A DNA stretch of 64,000 nt from Lepidodermella squamata (lineage: Eukaryota; Animalia; Gastrotricha), in contig JBLDXI010000002.1 of assembly GCA_047495785.1 (NCBI GenBank), forward strand, positions 806,001 through 870,000. The letters are read 5' to 3'. Below the pieces are notes generated by a model, which did no database searches, was not told where the DNA came from, and saw nothing but the letters and a program-made list of their open reading frames with translations. Each line of letters begins with the position of its first letter. Position 1 is the stretch's first letter. The position numbers were made by a program, and so were the translations under genes. Below, piece by piece: positions 49,499-60,665 of the stretch.

Positions 49499-49993
49499 AT
49501 GATGAACGACGATACGTTATTTCGCGTCCTGAAGCTGACCAGCATTGGCGGAGCGGCGCTTTTCACCGGTCAGGCAATCAATACGGCGCTAGCTGATGCT
49601 CCGGCCCGCAAATCGCTCGGAACAACGCATTCGATCAACCAGTTCCAGGCGTGGTTCAAAAGCACGGCGAAGATGGAACTCGGCCTGACGCTGATTTCTG
49701 GCACTGCCGGTCTGTGGGCTGGCAACATTTTGATGAAAACCTCGAAAGAACACGCACAGCCGTTTTTCCTCGGCGGCATTTTGATCCTAAGCACGCTGCC
49801 GTGGACTGGCGTTGCGATGAAGCGAACGATTGTCTATTTGATGGATCCGAAAGTCGACAAGAATTCAACGCAAACCACCGAAATGCTCGACCACTGGGCC
49901 AAGTTGCATGGCGTTAAAACTCTGCTAGGCGCCCTGGCCTTGGTTGTTCTCTGCAAGGGCGCCTTCGCCCTGCCCCTGGTCATCCGGAAATGA
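49499..49993 (+). CDS. DUF1772-like copy 7
   Basis: Intact paralog, HWAKLHGVKT; ATG at 49499. Confidence 0.8.
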   Translation: MMNDDTLFRVLKLTSIGGAALFTGQAINTALADAPARKSLGTTHSINQFQAWFKSTAKMELGLTLISGTAGLWAGNILMKTSKEHAQPFFLGGILILSTLPWTGVAMKRTIVYLMDPKVDKNSTQTTEMLDHWAKLHGVKTLLGALALVVLCKGAFALPLVIRK

Positions 49994-50609
49994 AATGAAC
50001 TTGGCCTCGATTTTTAATAATTTTTCTCCAGTGCTGATTTAAGATCAAGTCTCTTTCTATTCATACGGATGCGCTTTAGAGGCAATTTCCTTTCGAAATC
50101 GGGACTTTTTTGTATTAAAAATTTGTAAAAAAAAATCAGCCTATCGATATGAAATCTAATAAAATTCGCGATCGATGTTGTATTTTTTGGAGTATTTTTG
50201 TGTTTATGATGCAACTGAACTTAACTTTCTGGTAAATCGATTGAACTGAACAAGGAAGTTTTAGGCTTTAGGCATAAGAATCGGTTTAAACTTCAGGCTC
50301 GTGGCGACGAGATTTCAAGCCCAACGATAAATCATTTGAACGATATCATAGGTCATCGATAGGTATCTGGTTGTGGCTATTGAGCTATTCGCTTCTTCAA
50401 CAAGTAAAAACGCTATTTCTTCATGGTTCAAAAATTATTATTATCTGAATTTTCGGACACAAATCCGAATTATATTTTCGAATTATTTCAATTTTCCATT
50501 TCGAATAATTTCTGCGCGATTTATTTGCGATGACCTGGTTTTTCGTCTTTTTCCAGGTCGTTTAGCATTCGTCTACACCATGGCTTCGACCTTATTATTT
50601 TCCTTATGA

Positions 50610-51090
50610 AAATTACTTTTAGAGGAGCCGAATTTGCCTGTTGTGGAACCAACAATTTTGGCATATAACGGAAACCTATTTATTAAGTGCCATTTTCGAA
50701 TAATTTCTTTTAAATTACGACTGCGCCGTTTCTGAAAGTGGGGAAGAGACCTTAAGCTGAAATTCACAGCGAATTTTACCGTAATTATTTGACCGTAGCG
50801 GAACCCAATTTTGGAATTTTCAATGGGCCTGAAACCACTTTTCGAATTTTCGAAGGATGTCATTGATTGATCAGCATAATTTGAAATAAATCATCTTCAA
50901 ATTCAGCGTAAAATTCTGTATAAGACGCATTCGTCACAGTAGAATTCACAATTGTCCTCAATTTCGTAGAAATATTCGAAAATCGACCTTTTGTCTATCT
51001 AAAATTAGATTCCGCAACTTGCAGATATGGTTCCGCTACAGTCAAATTTGGTACAGCAACAGGCAAATTTGGTTCCTCTAAAAGATATTC
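50610..51090. mobile_element. MITE, GGAACCAAAT family, older copy (ends approximate)
   Basis: Inverted ends TTTTAGAGGAGCCGAATTTGCCTGTTG / CAACAGGCAAATTTGGTTCCTCTAAAA; core homologous to 9076-9444. Confidence 0.65.
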
Positions 51091-51679
51091 TGATTATTTA
51101 TATGCTCTTGTGAATAATACGTGAAATTCCCAAAAATTCAGAAAACGCATTTTTTGGCTAAAATTAATTATTTATTTTGCTCAATTGCTCAATTGCTCAA
51201 TTGACATAGAACCATATTTTATTGTTATAAACAACAAAAACCCGCTGTTATTTATAAATAACAGTTGCCATAACGACACTGGAGTAACTAGAATTTCTTT
51301 GGATATGTGTTTTAAGGTTTAGGATTATTTCATTTAACAGGTTCGTAGGGTTCAACAACAGGTAATTTTGGTTCCGCTAAAAGTAAGATCGGTTATTTGA
51401 TACAATAAATTTCATAAATTCCTCTGCGGTCGAAATGATGATGTAGTCGAATTGCAAGATTACCTGAGAAAAAACGAAAAGACACTTCATTTTACAAATA
51501 AATCACGCAACAATGGTATACTTTTGGCACAATATGTTGCGCAACATACAAATTAAATGTTCAAAAATCGATATTTCACAAAATTCTTCGTTTTTAATTT
51601 TAATTTCAATTTTTCTTCCAGCATCAATAGGTACCTCTATTCCCCAAACTGTTTTGTTTCATTAGATTGTTCCATTATT

Positions 51680-52186
51680 ATGTCAAAACTGATGACTGAA
51701 CCAGACACGTTGTTTCGACTCCTGAAACTGACCGGCCTCACCGGGGCAGCTCTCTTCACCGGGTGCGCCCTAAAAATTACCCTAATCGACGTTCCAGCAC
51801 GAAAATCGCTTGGAATAACGCACTCGATCAATCAATTTCAAGCCATGTTCGCAAATACGGCAACTCAGCAAATTGTTTACTCGATCGCGTCAGGCTCAGC
51901 CGGTATTTTGGCCGGTAAAATACTGGCGAAATCCTCGAAGGAAACAGCTCAGGCGTTTTTCATCGGCGGGGTTCTCATCCTAGGCGTTCTGCCCTGGACT
52001 GGCATTGCGATGAAAAACACCCTGGTTTACCTGTTGGATCCGAAAGTTGACAAAACTTCGTTGCAGACGAGTGAAATGCTGGATCACTGGGCGAACTTGC
52101 ATGCCGTTCGAACGGTTCTTGGCTCATTGGCTTTGCTGGCTTTTTGCAAGGGTGCTTACGCCCTACCCCTTGTCATCGTCCGCTAA
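51680..52186 (+). CDS. DUF1772-like copy 8
   Basis: Intact paralog; ATG at 51680 (or 51692). Confidence 0.8.
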   Translation: MSKLMTEPDTLFRLLKLTGLTGAALFTGCALKITLIDVPARKSLGITHSINQFQAMFANTATQQIVYSIASGSAGILAGKILAKSSKETAQAFFIGGVLILGVLPWTGIAMKNTLVYLLDPKVDKTSLQTSEMLDHWANLHAVRTVLGSLALLAFCKGAYALPLVIVR

Positions 52187-52783
52187 ACATGACAGTGATA
52201 ACAACAATTTTCATTTGACCTGTAAATTTTTAAATGAATAAAAATCCAGCATTTAGCTTGACAAATTTCGGAAAAACCCTGATTTTTGTGGCTATAAAAA
52301 TTTGAGATTTCCATAATGAATAAAAAATCTGAGATGTTAAGCGGCGCATGGTTATTTGATGCTGTCTACCGAGAATAGGTCAAAATATGTCTACAACTCG
52401 CGAGAGTCGTAAATTGGTTTACAGGCGACAGGTCATTTTTTGTTGCATTTTTTTGAATCGGCGCTCACGTCAACACGCCTATTTTCAAGCATAAATAGCT
52501 GCAAAATCTTCACTCGCCTCACTCCAGAATTTTGTTGGGTATTAGATACTTCTAGCGGAACCAAATTTTATAGAATTACTTCTCCCATTCAAAAAATTGA
52601 ATCTAAAAAGTCTAATTAAATATTTTGTAATTTCCTTTTGTTCTGAAATTTGGTTTTTGTAAATTTTGGTTCCGCTAATTGGTTTTCATTTTTTAAATAA
52701 TTTATACTTGAGCTGTCAGTTTTATTGTAACTAAGAATCTCACGAACCTTGAATCTTACTATAGAATTTGTATATTTTCGAAA

Positions 52784-53281
52784 ATGGTTAATGAAGACAC
52801 GTTGCTTCGAATCCTGAAAGTGACCAGCCTGGGTGGAGCGGCACTTTTCACAGGCTGCGCGCTTCACTTCACCCTAATCGACGTTCCGGCTAGAAAATCA
52901 CTCGGAACAACGCACTCGATCAATCAATTTCAAGCCGTTTTCACGAACACGGCAACCCAGCAAATCCTGTACATTTTAGTGTCAGGCTTAACTGGTCTTT
53001 GGGCAGGCAAAATTCTGGCAAAAACCTCCAAAGAACTAGCTCGGCCGTACTTTATCGGTGGAGGCCTGATGCTAAGTGTTCTGCCCTGGACTGGGATTGC
53101 CATGAAAAGTACCCTGGCCTACCTGTTGGACCCGAAAGTTGACAGAAATGCGATCGAAACGAGTGAAATGCTCGATAAATGGGCCAATTTGCATGCTGTC
53201 CGAACTATTCTGGGCTCCTTGGCTTTGCTGGCTTTTTCTAAGGCTGGTTTCGCCACGTCATGGTGCGCAAAAATCAAGTGA
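52784..53281 (+). CDS. DUF1772-like copy 9
   Basis: Intact paralog, KWANLHAVRT. Confidence 0.8.
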   Translation: MVNEDTLLRILKVTSLGGAALFTGCALHFTLIDVPARKSLGTTHSINQFQAVFTNTATQQILYILVSGLTGLWAGKILAKTSKELARPYFIGGGLMLSVLPWTGIAMKSTLAYLLDPKVDRNAIETSEMLDKWANLHAVRTILGSLALLAFSKAGFATSWCAKIK

Positions 53282-53369
53282 AGAAAAAATGCATTGTAAT
53301 TCTTGAAATAAAAAAATTAAAATAAAAAAATCCAGCTTAATTGATGTTTTTTCTTCGAAAAATAATAAT

Positions 53370-55461
53370 TTATTCGCAACATTCGTATGACATTACAATG
53401 CTATGAAATTCAAAATCACTGCCAAAAAACGCCAATTTCATATTAATCACCAGCGATTCAATGTTCAAACTATTCAGCCAGCATTTATTAGGGTTCCTCG
53501 ACTTCGGATCTTCAATCGGTTCGAAGTAATGAATCGCGTTGTAGTTGAACTCGTAACACTGCAAAATCGCCTCCTTGTACCTCAAATCGATCGTTCGATT
53601 TCCATTATCGAAATCACTTAGCACCAAAGTAGCGTTGAAATTTACAGCTAAAGGCCAGCCATCTTTGAAGCATTTCCAGCCAGTTTTGTAGATCAGCCCA
53701 AGCCGGGGCAGAAAATACGGCGTTTTCGTACAAATTGTCTCGCTATTCAACGTAAAATCAGTTCGATTGAATCGCATCGAAATCGCCGAACCATGGGTCA
53801 TGTGAAAATGGTGGATAAATTCGCCGGACGTTACTTTAACCTTTTTCCGGCCGTAATTAGCCAACCATAACGGGTTGTTCAGGTTGATATCATCCGAATG
53901 GCTGATAATGCCAGTCAATAGCCGTTTTGTACTACGCAACGTCGGTCGTTCCATTGAAACAAAGCAATCAGCTGCGATGATTTTCGAATCATTCGGGTAA
54001 AGCTTAGGGACATTTTCAATTTGAACCAGCGATTTTGTTCGGAATTTTGAAAATATGTCGTTAAGCTCGTTTCCGGTTTTGATCTGTTGGAGCTTAATGA
54101 GCAAATCGTTGAATGATTTTTTGAAAAATTTCAACAGGGATATTGAAATTTCCCACTCGAGTAGTGGCGATGGATGAAAGCCATCTTCGTTCGTAATATA
54201 CAATTCTGGAAAAATTAAAAAAAAGTATTGAAGTTCAAAATTGAAACTAAAAAAGTGGAGTTTGAAAATTGAAAATTGAAATTGAAATTGAAAATTGAAA
54301 ATTGAAATTAAATTGAAAATTAAAAATTTGAAATTGAAAAATTTAAATTGAAAAAAATATAAATAGGAATTTTAAATTTTAAAAATTAGAATGAAAAATT
54401 TAAATTAAAAAAATTGGTCAATAACTTGAAATTTTAATAATTAAAAAAATTGACCTGTGAGTTTAGGCTGGACACTTGTCCAATTATCGAACTTGTAGTT
54501 GCAAATTCGATGCTTCCATTGAATTGAAGTCATTCCGTAAATTTTCGCCAACTTCTGATACGCTGTATCTGCGACAGACGAACATTGCGGGCCATCATCT
54601 CGCAAGACAAGGGGCGGAAATGGGAAATTAACTAGGATAATATGAATAGCCGGGTTCATGCGGCGAATTACTCGGATAAGTTCCTCTAATGGCCGGCCGT
54701 TATTTTCGAAATAATCAGCCTGGAACTGGCGAGATGAGCCGTCGTCGTTAATTGCCGTGTCGATGAAGATCACGTCGTAGCTTTGAAGATTCATCGGCAA
54801 ATGTTCTTTGATACAGGCTGTGAAGTAGTGACTAGCAACGGCGCCGAGGGCTGCGTTATCGGTTTTGACCTCAATATCGAGCGGGCGAAGTGCTTTCGAA
54901 AACCAATCAGTGATAATCGAGACATACGTTTCATTAGGCTAAAAAAATCTAATTTTTTTCAATATTTTTTGAGAAATAATTAAATTATACCAAAATTCCA
55001 TGAGCAGCAGAAATCGACCCGCCAATCACGGCAAAATTCAGCTTTTTCTTTTGCTTGTTTAGAAGAAGGTCGATAAGAGTTGAGTGAAGTCGGGATAAAT
55101 CGCCCATATTTTGAATTGCCTCCTCGTCCAAGTCATTTTTGAAGTGTTTCCGCCGCTTTTTCGCGCTGTTTGCCAACAAATTTGTGAGGAATTTCGACGC
55201 TTCGTCGGCTGGAATCAGTGGATAATCGACCAGTCCCTTCAACTTCCAAGTTAGGAATCCGACATCTTTATCGGTGAAACCTCGTGAGACGGCTGAGCTT
55301 CGAGCATATTCTATGCCTGGGTGAGGCTTCGAGGCGTAATTCGAGGCAGATTCCAAGGGATCATAGGAAACCCGGTAGATGGTAATTAGGCCTAGCAGAA
55401 AAATGTTAAAAGCCAAAATGGCGATCGTCCTTAGTTTTGGCAAGTGAATTCTCGCTCTCAT
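53370..55461 (-). CDS. Type II membrane SGNH/GDSL-type hydrolase, paralog 2; exons 55461-54991, 54938-54455, 54205-53370
   Basis: VIGGSISAAHG, DTAIND, DGFHP. Same 484-bp exon 2 length and intron phases as the 14.8 kb gene; both proteins end in CCE*. Confidence 0.8.
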
Positions 55462-56064
55462 CTTGAATCTTCACAAATCAAAAAACCCATAAATTCAAAG
55501 AATTTAGACTAGCTAGTATTTTCAGGCACGCGCCGCTATTCAAGGATAAAAAACAAGGAGCAGTGAAGAAATTTTATTAAAAAAAAATCAATTATTCACC
55601 CCTTCTAAACCTTTACCGAATGAATTTTTCTCATCCACTAATAACGTTTACAGCGTGCCTACAAACAAAATACACGGAAAACGGATCAGAAAATATAAAA
55701 TTAAGTCTCATGACCAGAAACTTTTTAAAAATTGAGAAAATTAAAAAAATCAAACGATTAGTAATGAATATAAATTTTGAAAAATGGCAACACGCACTTC
55801 TTTGACAACTTCTTAAAGTGGATCTGTTTGAAATAAGATCTTAGGGAATAATCAGACCAAACCGGCTCGTTAATTTGCTGAAACCGCGTCTTTCCATCAC
55901 TTATACGGTTGGATCGGTTGGTTAGTTATTAAAAAAGCTAGGCAAAATAGTCTGCGCACACTTTATTCTCATCGTTCTCTATCAACAACATTTGATTATT
56001 GAATCAGCTTTTGGTGCACAAGTTGTTAAATAAACATTTTTTTTATTTTAACCTCACATCGTGT

Positions 56065-56262
56065 TGCATGTCAGCTTTGGACTAAACGAATCCAGCAACT
56101 GTTGTTGCAGTTCATCCGCCGAGTACCTTTCGACGTTCGAACCAGCAACGATCCAGTTCTGGCATTCAAATGCAGACTTCTTCCAGTGCATCAATGCCAT
56201 TAGGACGCATCTCATTTCAACGTCTGACATGACTTTCAGGTCATCGTGGAAACCGTCCTCGC
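56065..56262 (-). pseudogene. Inverted partial copy of the 3' end of the ubiquitin-fusion gene
   Basis: Reverse complement matches about 58106-58293 (EDGFHDD...[17 protein letters not shown]...[11 protein letters not shown]). Confidence 0.8.
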
Positions 56263-56274
56263 ATTTTTCGTATT

Positions 56275-56549
56275 AGCTGGTATTTGGGAAATGCTTCCCC
56301 GCGGCTTAGCCTCCTGGTAATTTTCCCCACCACGTTGGGCTTCTTGGTAGTTGGCTCCATGATATTGGCTGTCACGCCTCATGCTCTCCATGAGTGGATA
56401 TGGAATGACGGCTGCTACCTATTTCAAAAACGCATTTATCATTGCCGTGTCATCTGATAACGTCCATCAATTGCAGAAACTCACCAAGCAGGCAGCTATC
56501 ATTAGGCATGAGACGTAGCTACGTCTCATGTCATTAGGTTGCAGATCAT
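56275..56549 (-). pseudogene. Disrupted paralog of the KR-repeat prepropeptide gene
   Basis: MICNLM[insertion]IAACL|VAAVIPYPLMESMRRDSQYHGANYQEAQRGGENYQEAK; same intron position as 60666-61733. Confidence 0.75.
56507..56530. mobile_element. 24-bp perfect palindrome insertion with 8-bp TSD (hAT-like minimal element or footprint)
   Basis: TCATTAGG-CATGAGACGTAGCTACGTCTCATG-TCATTAGG. Confidence 0.7.
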
Positions 56550-57495
56550 CTCCCGGCTTTGAAGAAAAGGGCTGATGAAATATTAGAAAGAAAAATTCCT
56601 TTAATGAAATTGTGATTCGATGCATAGACAACTCTATACATATCGGAAACTAGCGATCTTCCTATACATAGTAAATAAATTCACACCAAAACGTAAAAAA
56701 GTGGACACGCGACCTTTATTTTTATTCACTCATCGCCCTATCCGCCCATTGTAATTTTTGAAAATTTGAAGCGAGCCTACCTAATCTTTCCTACATTTCT
56801 TATTCAGGTCAAAATCTCGTATCATTTTCGTACTTGTCGTTTAACTTTCAGCTAAACCTGCCGGCCACAATCGCTATGTGTTGAAGATACGTGTACACTC
56901 AGGCTGCATTGGTTTTTATCGTCACAGGCTGCAGTTTAATTCATTGCCATGAATCCGCCTATTATTATAGGGTTTACAATGATTAAAAATCAAAATAGCC
57001 TTCATATTCATATTATTATATTTAATTTTTTATTCCACTTACTTTTAAAACTTCAAATTCTAATTTTAAACAGGCTTAGACAAAATAACCTCTATCCGCC
57101 CTCTTGCCAACATATCTTCCTATCAACTGATCTTAGTGGTCTTATATGATTTATTCATTTTTATTGATGGTATATTTTCGGCAACACATAAGTATTAACA
57201 GTGATGGCCTAGATCATTCATCTCGCCTTGAAAACATTCGACGTTAATAACGATAGGGAAGGCGTCTCATGGGATGTTATTCCAGATAGTTTCCAGCATT
57301 CGCCTGCAAGGCTTTGTCGCTGATCGGCGGCTTTTTACTTTTTCCGCAGGTTGATTTGATGCCAGCGTTTCCTTGCGGTCGCACCGCTTAAAGGCAACTT
57401 TGGTTCCGCTAAAGACCCATTAACAATAAACATACTTATTTGTCTCTGGCATTAACAACATATACGTGTTTTTGTTGTTGCATTCATTTTAGATC

Positions 57496-58302
57496 ATGAA
57501 AGTTTTTATTAGACATATCAATGGGAAGGAGGACACGTTGGAAGTTGAACTATCGTACACAATCGGCAAAGTGAAGCATATTGTCCAAGATGTAGACGGT
57601 ATACCACCAGACCAGCAAAGGATACTATTCGTTGGGAAAGAACTTGAAGACGAACTGACATTAGAACAATGCAACATCCAAGAGGAGAGCACACTGTTCT
57701 TAGTAGTGCGAATGACTGGTGGTGGGACCACGGCGTTCTTTCGTGGCGATTGTGCTGTTTTTACTTCAAATGGGCCCCCGAGACATAGAATTGAAATTGC
57801 CGTCGAAAAGTTTCACGTTTCCTGTAAATCAGACAAATTGATTTACGGCGAAAACTTTGCTGGCATGATGCTGCTCATGTACAACGGTCAAACAGATTGG
57901 CGTTTGAACGGCGTTCACTGTAAGGCTGGTTATATTTATTTGAGGAAATCGTCATCGATTATGTCCATCGACGCCGCAGAGGGTCAAATTCATGGGAAGC
58001 TCTACAAATCGCTGTTCGGCGTTGAACTCGACGATAAAATCGTGGGTGCTGGTTTCTCGTTTCAGCGCAACAAACTTGTCTGGAATTCGGCTACACTGAA
58101 TACACGCGAGGACGGTTTCCACGATGATCAGAGAGCCATGTCAGAAGTTGAAATGAGATGCGTCTTAATGGCACTGAAGCACTGGAAGAAGTCTGGATTT
58201 GAACGTCAGAACTGGACTGTTGCCGGCTCGAACGTCGAAAATTACACGTCGGATGAATTGCAACAACAGTTGCTGGATTCTTTTACATGCAACCTGATCT
58301 AA
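57496..58302 (+). CDS. Ubiquitin-like domain fused to an uncharacterised 192-aa domain
   Basis: Residues 1-76 are ubiquitin-like ([41 protein letters not shown]), with di-Gly at 75-76; intronless. Confidence 0.85.
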   Translation: MKVFIRHINGKEDTLEVELSYTIGKVKHIVQDVDGIPPDQQRILFVGKELEDELTLEQCNIQEESTLFLVVRMTGGGTTAFFRGDCAVFTSNGPPRHRIEIAVEKFHVSCKSDKLIYGENFAGMMLLMYNGQTDWRLNGVHCKAGYIYLRKSSSIMSIDAAEGQIHGKLYKSLFGVELDDKIVGAGFSFQRNKLVWNSATLNTREDGFHDDQRAMSEVEMRCVLMALKHWKKSGFERQNWTVAGSNVENYTSDELQQQLLDSFTCNLI

Positions 58303-58597
58303 GAATTGTCGGACAAAAACGATGAATGCAAAATTGTATATAAAATATCAGTTGGCCCGCTGCAAGCAACTGAAAGGACAACATAAACGAAACTATTACC
58401 AATGTGCTTTACATATAGCTACATATTACAAATGTTTTACATATAGCTAAGTCGAAAATTACGCTAGGGCAAATTTCCGAACAATTCTCGATCTGTCGGA
58501 AGCTCAACAGGAATATCAATTCTGGGATCCTTTTTATTCAGAAAAATAATAAAAATTAGAATTACTAGCGTATGTTTAAATTGTTTATCTTTGTCTA

Positions 58598-59345
58598 TCA
58601 TTTTCCACTATATCGCTTCTTGAGCACGACAAATGAGTTGTCCCAAGTCAGCGACATATCCTCCGCTCGGCGATTTTCCCGAGCCAGAACCTTTTTGTAA
58701 AGGCCCCACAGCCTCGAACAAATCGCCGTTTTCTCATCAGTTGTCCTCTCATTGGAAAGGGCTGCTAGAAACGAAGGCTCGCAGCACGGTTCCAAAATCG
58801 ATGCGAGATCTGTTACAAACCGATCGTAATCGCCATGTGTTTCATAAGCTCCTGAAACTCCTGAAAAAACCATTCGCTTTTTCTAATAATTCAAAAATCA
58901 TTAAATAATTCACCGGAAACCTGAAACGGAACTGATACTATAATGGCACTCTGACTACTCTCTGACTACTGCGGCTGCACTTTTTTTTCACTATCGAGCT
59001 TCCTTCGTGCTCATTAAATAAATAAATAAATAAATAAGCTTCGTAAAAGACACTTTTCGAAACGAAGGCTCGCAGCACGGTTCCAAAATCGACGCGAGAT
59101 CTGTTATAAAACGATCGTAATCGCGATGTTTTTCATAAGCTTCGTAAAAGACGCTTTTCGGGGTCGGGCAAAGCTCGGCTGCAACTACTTCCAAGCCAAG
59201 CGGCTCCAAACTATCAGTATTCGTTATATCAATGCCCGGAAAACTAAATGCATAGTGAAATCTTCCAGTTCTCGGCTAGTGATAAACCTAGAAACTTCAA
59301 GCTCTTTCGCTGCTTTGTAGAGGCCGTCGAACAATCGATCTGAAG
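58598..59345 (-). pseudogene. C-terminal relic of a SABATH (Methyltransf_7)-like methyltransferase with internal duplication
   Basis: AKELEVSRFITSRELEDFT, GLEVV, EPSFLAAL...SFVVLKK patterns. About 59060-59145 duplicates about 58768-58852. Frameshifted; no SAM-binding N-terminus seen. Confidence 0.5.
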
Positions 59346-59496
59346 TATAGCCTCCTGTTATTCATTCAGAATCAACACACCTCCTTTTCTTAGTTCCTTC
59401 GATCTCGACTCGAGGAACCTTCTCCACTGACAAAATGTTCACATAAGAGAAACTATTGAAAATCGATGATATGCCCAGTGGCGATCAACCTAATTA

Positions 59497-60333
59497 CCGT
59501 AAACTGCAGTATAAAGGCCGCGGCGACTAATTTTCCTGATTTTTGAAAAAGACGCAAAAAGTGCGGCGATTATTTGAGTGCGGCCATTATTCGAGTGCGG
59601 TCTTTATTTCCCTCAATTTTTCAAAACTTGAGTTGTAGCAGGCGTAACAGGTGCAACAAGGGGCTTGCGCCGCCAATTCACGCGCGGCTCTTCGGATAAT
59701 CCGCCTCCTCGACGTCACTCCCTTGTGAGTAGGGAGTAGGTCGGCGTAGCGGTAGGAGTCGCAGTGGGGGTGCCATCTGGCGATTCGCCTGGGTGGCTGT
59801 TGATCACGTGCTTATGTGCGGCGATTATTCGCGCGCGGCCTTTATTTATGCTGAATTGATGAAAATAGAGCTATTTTGCCGGGGTCCCCAACAGAGTAAA
59901 AGGCTTTAAAGCAGTATAAACCCAAAAAGCGGTGCAAACGCCACGCAACAATAAATCGAATTAATTACGATAAAATTCTGCGTAATTTTCTGCATTTGGA
60001 CTCATCGTAACTTTAAGAGCCCGGCTGATGGATTTTGAAAAATTTTCAAAAACGACTTTTTCGACCAAATTGAGGTCTGAGCAAATTGACCAAATTTTGG
60101 TGTGGAAAGCTAAAATAGCAGACCATCATATTAGTCCATTGGTTGAAAATCCGAGGCTAAGCCTGGGCGCCTACTGGGAAGACTATTTAGTGCGTTTACC
60201 CTGCTTTGAAGCCTTCTGCTTCGTAGGGGACCCTTTTGCGGCGATTATTCAGATGCGGTCTTTATTCAGGATGCGGTCTTTATTCAGGATGCGGTCTTTA
60301 TTCAGGATGCGGCCTTTATGCTGTAGTTTACGG
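59497..60333. mobile_element. Non-autonomous pogo/Tc1-like element
   Basis: TA|CCGTAAACTGCAGTATAAAGGCCGC...GCGGCCTTTATGCTGTAGTTTACGG|TA; 18-bp subterminal repeats GCGGTCTTTATTCAGGAT. Confidence 0.85.
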
Positions 60334-60665
60334 TAAGTAGCTATGGGGCCTTCGCTTTCAGGTGCGATTTGTTACCGGGATGCCTCATCAGAAATCTGAA
60401 ACAGTACGAAAGCAAAAATTCATCATTTAACTGCATTATTTATTCACGCGGCAAGGCGACAGGGATGACAAAAAGAAGCGTTTGATTCCATGATTGCAAG
60501 GAGAAAAGTTTCACTTTTTCCAGCAATAATTGAGTATGAACAATAAAAAGGATTATGATTTATGAGAGGAATTAGGGTTTAAAGAATAAAAATATCTCGG
60601 GCGAAAGCACATAATACAAGTCTCTTCCCTTGTAATGTAAACAGAGCAGCCATCGCTGAAATTAT

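Noticed and set aside
42728-53281. Bacterial operon or contamination explanation for the intronless arrays
   Set aside because: Long AT-rich spacers, AATAAA signals after several stops, an embedded host MITE, and continuity with intron-containing animal genes.
54230-54420. GAAATT/GAAAATT low-complexity run
   Set aside because: Simple intronic repeat with no further structure.
60028-60336. ORF ending RMRSLFRMRSLF
   Set aside because: Translation of the 18-bp subterminal repeats of a non-autonomous transposon.
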